A DNA stretch of 64,000 bases from Laetmonice hystrix. Lineage: Eukaryota. The notes beneath the pieces were generated by a model, which was not told where the DNA came from, did not search any database, and saw only the letters and a list, made by a program, of their open reading frames with translations. Both the position numbers and the translations under genes were made by a program. Shown here in pieces: positions 1 through 12,800 of the stretch (positions are counted from its first letter, which is position 1; every line of letters begins with the position of its first letter). The stretch is from the NCBI GenBank assembly GCA_965235115.1, contig OZ249436.1, positions 994,001-1,058,000 of the forward strand, written 5' to 3'.

Positions 1-590
1 TACAACATCAGACACAAATTTTATACGGTGATGGACACTGGAAGTCTTCTACAACATCAGACACAAAATTATACGGTGATGTCATGAACCCTGGAAGTTT
101 TCTACAACATCAGACACAAAGTTATACGGTGATGGACACTGGAATTCTTCTACAACATCAGACACAGAATTATACCGTGATTTACACTGGAAGTCTTCTA
201 CAACATCAGACACAAAATTATACGGTGATGTCATGAACCCTGGAAGTTTTCTACAACATCAGACACAAAGTTATACGGTGATGGACACTGGAAGTCTTCT
301 ACAACATCAGACACAGAATTATACCGTGATTTACACTGGAAGTCTTCTACAACATCAGACACAGAATTATACCGTGATTTACACTGGAAGTCTTCTACAA
401 CATCAGACACAGAATTATACCGTGATTTACACTGGAAGTCTTCTACAACATCAGACACAGAATTATACGGTGATGGACACTGGAAGTCTTCTACAACATC
501 AGACACAGAATTATACGGTGATGGACACTGGAAGTCTTCTACAACATCGGACACAAAATTATACGGTGACACTGGAGGTCTTCTACAACA
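1..590. repeat. 48-bp minisatellite containing a splice acceptor and the start of the next exon (EDFQCPSPY)
   Basis: Minus unit ...tctgatgttgtag|AAGACTTCCAGTGTCCATCACCGTAT. Confidence 0.9.
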
Positions 591-608
591 TATATGTAAG
601 ATACTGAC

Positions 609-893
609 CGCAGTTCTCGAGGTGACCAGCGTCCCGGCATCCCAGGATGACTCCATAACGGTCACTGTCATATAAACACCTCCAGTCCTCCGGGTAACGC
701 TGTGTGTTCTTACATCGAACCGTCTCCGACCCTGGAGAAGGTGGTCGCCTGGAGGACGCCAGAGACACACACATACCTTTATCTTCGTCCTCCTTGTGAG
801 TTCCGGGACAGTCGACTATGACGTCACAGCGTCGGTCCAATGATATACACGTGCCATCATAACACTGGAAGGTGTGGTCCATGGAACACGTAT
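609..893 (-). CDS. Exon 24: LDLa repeat plus GRL101-type atypical LDLa
   Basis: [26 protein letters not shown]...[24 protein letters not shown]. Confidence 0.85.
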
Positions 894-3800
894 CTGAGAG
901 TAGGAATAAAGACGTTACAATTATGTAGCTTTTATTCTCTAACTGACACACTGACTGCAAAGTGAGTTGACCAGGCAATCCGATAGTGTCACATTATACA
1001 CCTTAAGATTTTCTTACTTTTCTCGCTGAAAGAATAAAAATCGGAATGAAAGAAATCAGCTTGAGGTTAGGTTATACTGAAACAACCCAACAGTTGAACG
1101 GAGTGAGACGTCAAATAATATACCGAAACAACCCAACAGTTGAACGGAGTGAGACGTCAAATAATATACCGAAACAACCCAACAGTTGAACGGAGTGAGA
1201 CATCAAATAATATACCGAAACAACCCAACAGTTGAACGGAGTGAGACGTCAAATAATATACCCAAACAACCCAACAGTTGAACGGAGTGAGACGTCAAAT
1301 AATATACCCAAACAACCCAACAGTTGAACGGAGTGAGACGTCAAATAATATACCCAAACAACCCAACAGTTGAACGGAGTAAGACGTCAAATAATATACC
1401 GAAACAACCCAACAGTTGAACGGAGTGGGACGTCAAATAATATACCGAAACAACCCAACAGTTGAACGGAGTGAGACGTCAAATAATATACCGAAACAAC
1501 CCAACAGTTGAACGGAGTGAGACGTCAAATAATATACCGAAACAACCCAACAGTTGAACGGAGTGAGACGTCAAATAATATACCGAAACAACCCAACAGT
1601 TGAACGGAGTGAGACGTCAAATAATATATTTCGTCAGAGAATACTATTTCCCAATTAAAAGATTATGGTAGGGGCCTAGTACATTTTGTCTGAAACCATG
1701 TGAACCTCCAAGCCACTGAAAGTATCCCCTGTGACTTTGGACCAGAATTCCAGTTCTGTGTTGAGGAGGTGTACTCACCACAGGCCACTTCGTCCGAGGA
1801 GTCTGCGCAGTGAGGCCAAAGGTCACAGCGGTCCTCGCCCCGTATACATACAGCATCCGCACACCGGAACTCGGCGTCTGTACAGTTCGGGAACGCTGCA
1901 AGCGTTCACATCCATACATTATCTACACATAGCGTCCGCACACCGGAACTCGGCGTCTGTAACGTTACAGTTCGTGAACGCTACAACCGTTCACATCCAT
2001 ACATTATCTACACATAGCGTCCACACACCGGAACTCGGCGTCTGTACAGTTTGTGAACGCTACAACCGTTCACATCCATACATTATCTACACACAGCGTC
2101 CACACACCGGAACTCGGCGTCTGTACAGTTCGCTACAACCGGTCACATCCATACATTATCTACACACAGCGTCCACACACCGGAACTTGGCGTCTGTACA
2201 GTTCGCTACAACCGGTCACATCCATACATTATCTACACACAACGTCCACACACCGGAACTCGGCGTCTGTACAGTTCGTGAACGCTACAACCGTTCACAT
2301 CCATACATTATCTACACATAGCGTCCACACACCGGAACTCGGCGTCTGTACAGTTCGTGAACGCTACAACCGTTCACATCCATACATTACACAGCGTCCA
2401 CACACCGGAACTCGGCGTCTGTACAGTTCGTGGACGCTACAACCGTTCACATCCATACATTATCTACACATAGCGTCCACACTGAACGCTACAACCGTTC
2501 ACATCCATACATTATCTACACACAGCGTCCACACACCGGAACTCGGCGTCTGTACAGTTCGGGAACGCTACAACCGTTCACATCCATACATACACAGCGT
2601 CCACACACCGGAACTCGGCGTCTGTACAGTTCGTGAACGCTACAACCGTTCACATCCATACATTATCTACACATAGCGTCCACACACCGGAACTCGGCGT
2701 CTGTACAGTTCGTGAACGCTACAACCGTTCACATCCATACATTATCTACACATAGCGTCCACACACCGGAACTCGGCGTCTGTACAGTTGGTGAACGCTA
2801 CAACCGTTCACATCCATACATTATCTACACATAGCGTCCACACACCGGAACTCGGCGTCTGTACAGTTCGTGAACGCTACAACCGTTCACATCCATACAT
2901 ACACAGCGTCCACACACCGGAACTCGGCGTCTGTACAGTTCGTGAACGCTACAACCGTTCACATCCATACATACACAGCGTCCACACACCGGAACTCGGC
3001 GTCTGTACAGTTCGTGAACGCTACAACCGTTCACATCCATACATTACACATAGCGTCCACACACCGGAACTCGGCGTCTGTACAGTTCGCTACAACCGGT
3101 CACATCCATACATACACAGCGTCCACACACTGCTAAAAGACTCATTTGTTCGTGTCAGAATATTGTAGCATACATACTACAGAAGCGCTCGTCCTCCCCG
3201 CCTGGGCAGTCTCGTATAGCGTCACACACGGAGGCAAGAGGCCGGCAGATTCCGTTTCCACAGTCAAAGTGAAACGCAGGACAGGGCGGACCTACCAATA
3301 CAATATCACCGTACCCTCAGGACAGGGCGGACCTACCAATACAATATCACCGTACCCTCAGGACGGGACGGACCTACCAATACAATATCATCTTACCCTC
3401 AGGACAGGACGGACCTACCAATACAATATCACCTTACCCTCAGGACAGGGCGGACCTACCAATACAATATCACCGTACCCTCAGGACAGGACGGACCTAC
3501 CAATACAATATCAAGACAATAGCGGCCTATTTGATTCGAGATGGAAAACTCTTCAAAGTAAACGGCCAAGAATAATAGAGGACCTAGCAGCAGGCGGAAG
3601 GCCTACATAAATTTAGAGCTTGTGTTGTTCGGAAGCTGTCTATGGTGATGTCTATTAGTTTATCAGAAGCTGTCTATAGTGATGTCTATTAGTTTATCAG
3701 AAGCTGTCTATAGTGATGTCTATTAGTTGATCAGAAGCTGTCTATAGTGATGTCCATTAGTTGATCGGAAGCTGTCTATAGTGATGTCTATTAGTTTATC

Positions 3801-6800
3801 AGAAGCTGTCTATAGTGATGTCTATTAGTTTATCAGAAGCTTCTATAGTGATGTCTATTAGTTGATCAGAAGCTGTCTATAGTGATGTCTATTAGTTTAT
3901 CAGAAGCTTCTATAGTGATGTCTATTAGTTTATCAGAAGCTGTCTATGATGTCTATTTGAGCACCAGCCAACTTCATCATCAGACGGGTCACGTGTATCC
4001 TACCACAGTTCTGTTCGTCGCTGGCGTCCAGGCAATCAGCGCGTCCGTCACAGACGTAACGTTTCAACAAACACTCGCCACTACCGCACGTCGTGAGCTC
4101 TCCACCGCACGCTGCGGGGGGTCCCAGCGTCACCAGCACGCCCTCTACCGGACCTGTCATACACCAAACATAGTCAGCTGGGGGCAAGCGTGACTGTACG
4201 AGAGGGTTGCTGACACCACTAATGTAAGAGCCATATGACTAGACTGATTGAAGATATTTGGTGAATTATACCACCTGCATCGATGACTTTCTTGCAGCAG
4301 AAATGATTGGCTATGCGCGAGTTGCAGGGCCCATCCACCCAGCTTGGTTTAAAGGGTAAACTGTCAAGGTCAAGCATGGAACAGTCCTCGATCGTGGCGC
4401 CATCTGGTCGGCCTTTTCGCCTAAAAGTGAAAACAAAACAAGATGATCTATGGATAGCTGCATTTATATAAACGTGACTGGGATAATAATACGATACTAA
4501 TACGATGATAATACGATAATAATACGATACTAATACGATGATAATACGATGATAATACGATGATAATACGATAATAATACGGTGATAATACGATGATAAT
4601 ACGGTGATACTACGATGATAATACAGTGATAATACGATGATAATACGATGATAATACGATGCTAATACGATGATAATACGATGATAATACGATGATAATA
4701 CGGTGATAATACGATGATAATACGGTGATAATACGATGATAATACGATGATAATACGATGATAATACGATGATAATACGATAATAATACGACATGACGGT
4801 TCTGTGGTCAGCTGTTATATGTAACATGATGCTAGCCGAGGTTTGGACTGTACTGACCAGTGTGTATACGTGACGGGAGTGTTATCTGGCCACACAAACT
4901 GACCCTCACTAATACGGTCAGAGGCACCTGCAGATCAAACATTACAAAGCGGGATTATTTATAGTAAAACACAGAAGTATTCAGTAAGGTGTTTATAGGC
5001 CTATAGTAAACACAGAAGTATTCAGTAAGGTGTTTATATAGGCCTATAGTAAACACAGAAGTATTCAGTAAAATGTTTATGCCTATAGTAAAACACAGAA
5101 GTATTCAGTAAGGTGTTTATATAGGCCTATAGTAAACACAGAAGTATTCAGTAAGGTGTTTATATAGGCCTATATATAGTAAACACAGAAGTATTCAGTA
5201 AGGTGTTTATATAGGCCTATAGTAAACACAGAAGTATTCAGTAAGGTGTTTATATAGGCCTAAAGTAAACACAGAAGTATTCAGTAAGGTGTTTATATAG
5301 GCCTAGAGTAGACACAGAAGTATTCAGTAAGGTGTTTATATAGGCCTATAGTAAACACAGAAGTATACAGTAAGGTGTTTATATAGGCCTATAGTAAACA
5401 CAGAAGTATTCAGTAAGGTGTTTATATAGGCCTATAGTAAAACACAGAAGTATTCAGTAAGATGTTTATATAGGCCTATAGTAAAACACAGAAGTATTCA
5501 GTAAGGTGTTTATATAGGCCTAGAGTAAACACAGAAGTATTCAGTAAAATGTTTATGCCTATAGTAAACACAGAAGTATTCAGTAAAGTGTTTATATAGG
5601 CCTATAGTAAACACAGAAGTATTCAGTATAATGTTTATGCCTATAGTAAAACACAGAAGTATTCAGTAAGGTGTTTATATAGGCCTAGAGTAAACACAGA
5701 AGTATTCAGTAAGGTGTTTATATAGGCATATAGTAAACACAGAAATATTCAGTAAGGTGTTTATATAGGCCTAGAGTAATTATACACAGAAGTATTCAGT
5801 AAGGTGTTTATATAGGCCTAGAGTAAACACAGAAGTATTCAGTAAGGTGTTTATATAGGCCTAGAGTAAACACAGAAGTATTCAGTAAGGTGTTTATATA
5901 GGCCTATAGTAAACACATAAGTATACAGTAAGGTGTTTATATAGGCCTATAGTAAACACAGAAGTATACAGTAAGGTGTTTATATAGGCCTATAGTAAAC
6001 ACAGAATATAGGCCTATAGTAAACACAGAATATAGGCCTATAGTAAACACAGAATATAGGCCTATAGTAAACACAGAATATAGGCCTATAGTAAACACAG
6101 AATATAGGCCTATAGTAAACACAGAATATAGGCCTATAGTAAACACAGAATATAGGCCTATAGTAAACACAGAAGTATTCAGTAAGGTGTTTATATAGGC
6201 CTATAGTAAAACACAGAAGTATTCAGTAAGATGTTTATATAGGCCTATAGTAAACACAGAAGTATTCAGTAAGGTGTTTATATAGGCCTATAGTAAAACA
6301 CAGAAGTATTCAGTAAGGTGTTTATATAGGCCTAGAGTAAACACAGAAGTATTCAGTAAGGGGTTTATATAGGCCTATATATAGTAAACACAGAAGTATT
6401 CAGGAAGGTGTTTATATAGGCCTATAGTAAACACAGAAGTATTCAGTAAGGTGTTTATATAGGCCTAAAGTAAACACAGAAGTATTCAGTAAGGTGTTTA
6501 TATAGGCCTATAGTAAACACAGAAGTATTCAGTAAGGTGTTTATATAGGCCTATAGTAAACACAGAAGTATTCAGTAAGGTGTTTATATAGGCCTATAGT
6601 AAAACACAGAAGTATTCAGTAAGGTGTTTATATAGGCCTATAGTAAACACAGAAGTATTCAGTAAGGTGTTTATATAGGCCTAGAGTAAACACAGAAGTA
6701 TTCAGTAAGGTGTTTATATAGGCCTATAGTAAACACAGAAGTATTCAGTAAGGTGTTTATATAGGCCTATAGTAAAACACAGAAGTATTCAGTAAGGTGT

Positions 6801-9800
6801 TTATATAGGCCTATAGTAAACACAGAAGTATTCAGTAAGGTGTTTATATAGGCCTATAGTAAACACAGAAGTATTCAGTAAGGTGTTTATATAGGCCTAT
6901 AGTAAACACAGAAGTATTCAGTAAGGTGTTTATATAGGCCTATAGTAAACACAGAAGTATTCAGTAAGGTGTTTATATAGGCCTATAGTAAACACAGAAG
7001 TATACAGTAAGGTGTTTATATAGGCCTATAGTAAACACAGAAGTATTCAGTAAGGTGTTTATATAGGCCTATAGTAAACACAGAAGTATTCAGTAAGGTG
7101 TTTATATAGGCCTAGAGTAAACACAGAAGTATTCAGTAAGGTGTTTATATAGGCCTATAGTAAACACAGAAGTATTCAGTAAGGTGTTTATATAGGCCTA
7201 TAGTAAACACAGAAGTATTCAGTATAATGTTTATGCCTATAGTAAAACACAGAAGTATTCAGTAAGGTGTTTATATAGGCCTAGAGTAAACACAGAAGTA
7301 TTCAGTAAGGTGTTTATATAGGCCTATAGTAAAACACAGAAGTATTCAGTAAAGTGTTTATATAGGCCTGTAGTACAAAGGTTTCCAAGGAAGTCCGGAC
7401 CCTCTATTACGATCTTTCAACATTAGACTTACCGGTCTTAAAGTCATTAGACTCTCCTATAATTAGATTATGTTGACCCTCACCCCACCCCACCCCACCG
7501 CCGCCTATATTTGAATCCGGCCCATCAACAGCCCTGCACCTCCCCAAGGCACTCACCGATGTAGAAGTCCCCTCCCCAAGGAACTCACCGATGTAAAAGT
7601 CCCCTCCCCAAGGCACTCACCGATATAGAAGTCCCCTCCCCAAGGCACTCACCGATGTAGAAGTCCCCTCCCCAAGGCACGCACAGATATAGAAGTCCCC
7701 TCCCCAAGGCACTCACCGATGTACAAGTCCCCTCCCCAAGGAACTCACCGATGTAAAAGTCCCCTCCCCAAGGCACTCACCGATGTAAAAGTCCCCTCCC
7801 CAAGGAACTCACCGATGTAAAAGTCCCCTCCCCAAGGCACTCACCGATGTAGAAGTCCCCTCCCCAAGGCACTCACCGATGTAGAAGTCCCCTCCCCAAG
7901 GCACTCACCGATATAGAAGTCCCCTCCCCAAGGCACTCACCGATGTAGAAGTCCCCTCCCCAAGGCACTCACCAATGTAGAAGTCCCCTCCCCAAGGAAC
8001 TCACCGATGTAAAAGTCCCCTCCCCAAGGCACTCACCGATGTAAAAGTCCCCTCCCCAAGGAACTCACCGATGTAAAAGTCCCCTCCCCAAGGCACTCAC
8101 CGATGTAGAAGTCCCCTCCCCAAGGCACTCACCGATGTAGAAGTCCCCTCCCCAGGCACTCACCGATGTAGAAGTCCCCTCCCCAAGGCACTCACCGATG
8201 TAGAAGTCCCCTCCCCAAGGCACTCACCAATGTAGAAGTCCCCTCCCCAAGGCACTCACCGATATAGAAGTCCCCTCCCCAAGGCACTCACCGATGTAGA
8301 AGTCCCCTCCCCGAGGCACTCACCGATGTAGAAGTCCCCTCCCCAAGGCACTCACCGATGTAGAAGTCCCCTCCCCAAGGCACTCACCGATATAGAAGTC
8401 CCCTCCCCAAGGCACTCACCGATGTAGAAGTCCCCTCCCCAAGGCACTCACCGATATAGAAGTCCCCTCCCAAGGCACTCACCGATATAGAAGTCCCCTC
8501 CCCAAGGCACTCACCGATGTAGAAGTACCCTCCCCAAGGCACTCACCGATATAGAAGTCCCCTCCCCAAGGCACTCACCGATGTAGAAGTCCCCTCCCCA
8601 AGGCACTCACCGATATAGAAGTCCCTTCCCCAAGGCACTCACCGATGTAGAAGTCCCCTCCCCAAGGCACTCACCGATGTAGAAGTCCCCTCCCCAAGGC
8701 ACTCACCGATGTAGAAGTCCCCTCCCCAAGGCACTCACCGATGTAGAAGTCCCCTCCCCAAGGCACTCACCGATGTAGAAGTCCCCTCCCCAAGGCACTC
8801 ACCGATGTAGAAGTCCCCTCCCCGAGGGACTCACCGATGTAGAAGTCCCCTCCCCAAGGCACTCACCGATGTAGAAGTCCCCTCCCCCAGGCACTCGCCG
8901 ATATAGACGTCCCCTCCCCAAGGCACTCACCGATGTAGAAGTCCCCTCCCCAAGGCACTCACCGATGTAGAAGTCCCCTCCCCAGGGCACTCACCGATAT
9001 AGAAGTCCCCTCTCCAAGGCACTCACCGATGTAGAAGTCGGCGCCGTCGAAGAGTTCGATGAGGAGGTAGTTGACGAAGATCATCTCCCGTTTGTTCTTC
9101 ACGCTCACCAGGTGGCCACCATAGTCCTCGCATATTGCCTCTGCTTCCCGCCAGGTGACGTCCTTGTAGTAGTCGATGAAGCCATAGCAGTGACTCGAGT
9201 AGTAAGCCCAGCCAGGTGGGCAGTCTAAGCAATTGTCGGCAATACGAAGTTAGTGTTTTGTTTCAGTATACGCCCAGCCAGGTGGGCAGTCTAAGCAAGG
9301 GGGAAATGTGAAGTTAGTGCATTGTTTCTGTATACGCCCAGCCAGGTGGGCAGTCTAAGCAAGGCGGCAATGTGAAGTTAGTGCATTGTTTCAGTATACG
9401 CCCAGCCAGGTGGGCAGTCTAAGCAAGGGGACAGTGTGAAGTTAGTGTATTGTTTCTGTATACGCCCAGCCAGGTGGGCAGTCTAAGCAAGGGGACAATG
9501 TGAAGTTAGTGTATTGTTTCTGTATACGCCCAGCAAGGTGGGCAGTCTAAGCAAGGGGACAATGTGAAATTAGTGTATTGTTTCTGTATACGCCCAGCCA
9601 GGTGGGCAGTCTAAGCAAGGCGGCACTGAGAAGTTATATGTATTGTTTCTGTATACGCCCAGCCAGGTGGGCAGTCTAAGCAAGGGGACAATGTGAAGTT
9701 AGTGCATTGTTTCAGTATACGCCCAGCCAGGTGGGCAGTCTAAGCAAGGGGACAATGTGAAGTTATATGTATTGTTTCTGTATACGCCCAGCCAGGTGGG

Positions 9801-12800
9801 CAGTCTAAGCAAGGCGGCACTGAGAAGTTATATGTATTGTTTCTGTATACGCCCAGCCAGGTGGGCAGTCTAAGCAAGGGGACAATGTGAAGTTAGTGTA
9901 TTGTTTCTGTATACGCCCAGCCAGGTGGGCAGTCTAAGCAAGGGGACAATGTGAAGTTAGTGTATTGTTTCTGTATACGCCCAGCCAGGTGGGCAGTCTA
10001 AGCAAGGGGACAATGTGAAGTTAGTGCATTGTTTCAGTATACGCCCAGCCAGGTGGGCAGTCTAAGCAAGGGGGCAATGTGAAGTTAGTGTATTGTTTCT
10101 GTATACGCCTAGCCAGGTGGGCAGTCTAAGCAAGGCGGCAATGTGAAGTTAGTGTATTGTTTCTGTATACGCCCAGCCAGGTGGGCAGTCTAAGCAAGGC
10201 GGCAATGTGAAGTTAGTGTATTGTTTCAGTATACGCCCAGCCAGGTGGGCAGTCTAAGCAAGGGGACAATGTGAAGTTAGCGTTTTGTTAAGTATTCAGT
10301 ATTAAACTTACTTTCAAAGGTGTTTAATATGCTTTAAAACTTTTAAATGGTTAATTCCCCACAATATAATGTCTTTTCTTTTAGCTGCAGACAGGTGTAT
10401 GCCTATCAAATTTAGCATTTGGTGTGGCTGCTTTATATTATAGTAGTCTCTATTTTCGGATAAAGAAAATAAGAAATGACAATAGGCCTACATCATTCAT
10501 GTTATATAACAATAATTATTGAAGGCCTAATTTACCTTGATGTCCATAATACCAGTCAATGTCACTCGGGAAGTAGTAATACAACGTGTCGTACTCGGCG
10601 CTGAACCCGGCCCCGCCCCCACTACCGTCTGTGTGGAAGTACACATGTAAGTGCTCCCAGTCTCCGTACAGCGCCGCTGGGGGGCGCTTCGCGTTACAGA
10701 ACTTCCCTCTTGGAATCAACCTGCTAGCCGTGCGGTCAAGGTCATTGACAATGACGTAATCGCCGTCACACGCGCCCTCTGGCGTGGATTGAATGTCGAA
10801 GGCGGTGAAACGAAACCTGACGTATGAATGGTAGACAAGTTTGATAAACCACACACAGCGAAGGTTGGGGGCATAACCAGCTGGAAATCCAGGGGTCGCC
10901 ACTAGTCCACACGGCCACTCGCAGTAAAAACGCTCGCTGTGACAGACGGAACTAACTCCGCAACCTGGGCAGTCTGAAATTATAATGGCAGTCGTCAAAA
11001 CAAACTCATTATCGGAATGGTTAGAGGGAGAAAATACTACGTGCCTGAAGAGTTGGTTGTGAACCAGTTATTCTGACCTGTTAGGTCATATTCCACCTCC
11101 AGTCGCAGCTCGTGACGTTCGATTGGCAGTCGTCTTTGACACGTGACCAACTCGAGCGCCATCTTACGACCGGGAGATATAAACATCTGTTCGGTCGAAA
11201 CGATCATGTCCACACCAATGGTTCCTCCTTCGTCCGCTAGGTAGCGCGCGTAAAGTCGGTCTTGACATCTCCCAGGGTCCATTACGAAGGTACCCGACTG
11301 AAAACATTTCCATTCAGCAGTGTTTTGATAGGAGGCTCAGGGGGCATCCCCCTAGATATAATAATTAGTTTTTAGGGTATCTGGGGCCTGTTCATGTGAT
11401 CATGTCCAATTAAAAGTGTAGGCCTATATCTAGGGTCCTTAGCCACTGCTAAAACGTGAAAGCTTTACTTACTTCTCCGTAAAGCCGAGAATATGTAGAA
11501 AGACAGAATAACAATAGGTGTACTGATAGATTATATGCCACTCTTCTGCATTACTTCATGTGGCCTTGTCGTTGCTTGCCTTGGTAGGCCTACGGCCCTC
11601 CTAATTCACAACACTTTCCTCCATTAGGGCCTACACTTGTCATATCATCTGAACTTACAGAGAGTCAACGCTCTGAAAATCAAATGTAACCATGTATTGA
11701 CCAAGATGGAACCTGGAGACTCACTCGAAAAATACGTTCGTCCTGAGCAAGATTGAGTTGTCGCACGTGTAGTCTGACGTGTTGGCCGCTAGGTGACTCC
11801 ACCTGCCAGGTACAGGAGGCCATACGGCCGAACAGACGGAGGTAGTCACTGGTGTAGATGATAGGTCCTGGGGTCGTGAAAGTCGAGCCGCAGCTAGTCT
11901 CTGCAGTCAGTTTCAGATCAAAACATTTGACAAGTAGATGTGATATTTTTTTACTTCGGATAATATTATGCTGAAATGATGAAATGATAAAGTTCTGGTA
12001 CCTATCTCTGCCTGCGCCTCGCATGCAAACGTCAGTGTGAGCAACCCGCCGTCTGATGTGTGGTTGTTAGGTCGTGGAGGAGTGGACGGGAAGGTACACA
12101 CTGACCGACCGTGGCAGGCCACCGGGAGCAGGTCGGCGGTGAGTCGGGATACCAAGACCTCACCCGGCCAGGAGTCCGCGGGCCGTGGTGGGGAATCCCC
12201 GGGTCCAGGTACCGACCTCGCGGCGGGCCGTGGTGGGGAATCCCCGGGTCCAGGTGAACCCGGCCGGGAGTCCGCGGGCCGTGGTGGGGAATCCCCGGGT
12301 CTAGGTGAACCCGGCCGGGAGTCCGCGGGCCGTGGTGGGGAATCCCCGGGTCCAGGTACCGACCTCGCGGCGGGCCGTGGTGGGGAATCCCCGGGTCCAG
12401 GTGAACCCGGCCGGGAGTCCGCGGGCCGTGGTGGGGAATCCCCAGGCCCAGGTACCGACCTCACGTCAATGAGACTGACGGACTCCCCAGGTTCACAGGA
12501 CAATCTCACCGAGTCTCCGTCCTCTGTCACACGTGGAGGCTCTGTGCATGCAAACAATGGCGAGATGATCGTAAACGTTACAGATCTTACATGGGTCGGG
12601 AACAGGCAAGCATATCAGATGTATTGCCGTCTTCGGCCTGTCTGTTAGGGCTTAGGTTCAAAAGAGATCCGTTGCTCAAGTGCGATTACTGAAATTGACA
12701 CTCTCCTTTACAATTCCAGTTGGGAGCCGGAGGGGGGGGGGGGGGGGGTCGGAAATCTTAAGAAAAATTCTTTGGACCTGATCCTGTGCCGCCTGTGAAA

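Noticed and set aside
4219..4827. 202-aa hydrophobic ORF
   Set aside because: Mostly satellite translation; only 4275-4420 is a real exon
7540..9040. CRISPR-like array with a 32-bp repeat
   Set aside because: No unique spacers, no cas genes, eukaryotic intron context; the same applies to all other arrays
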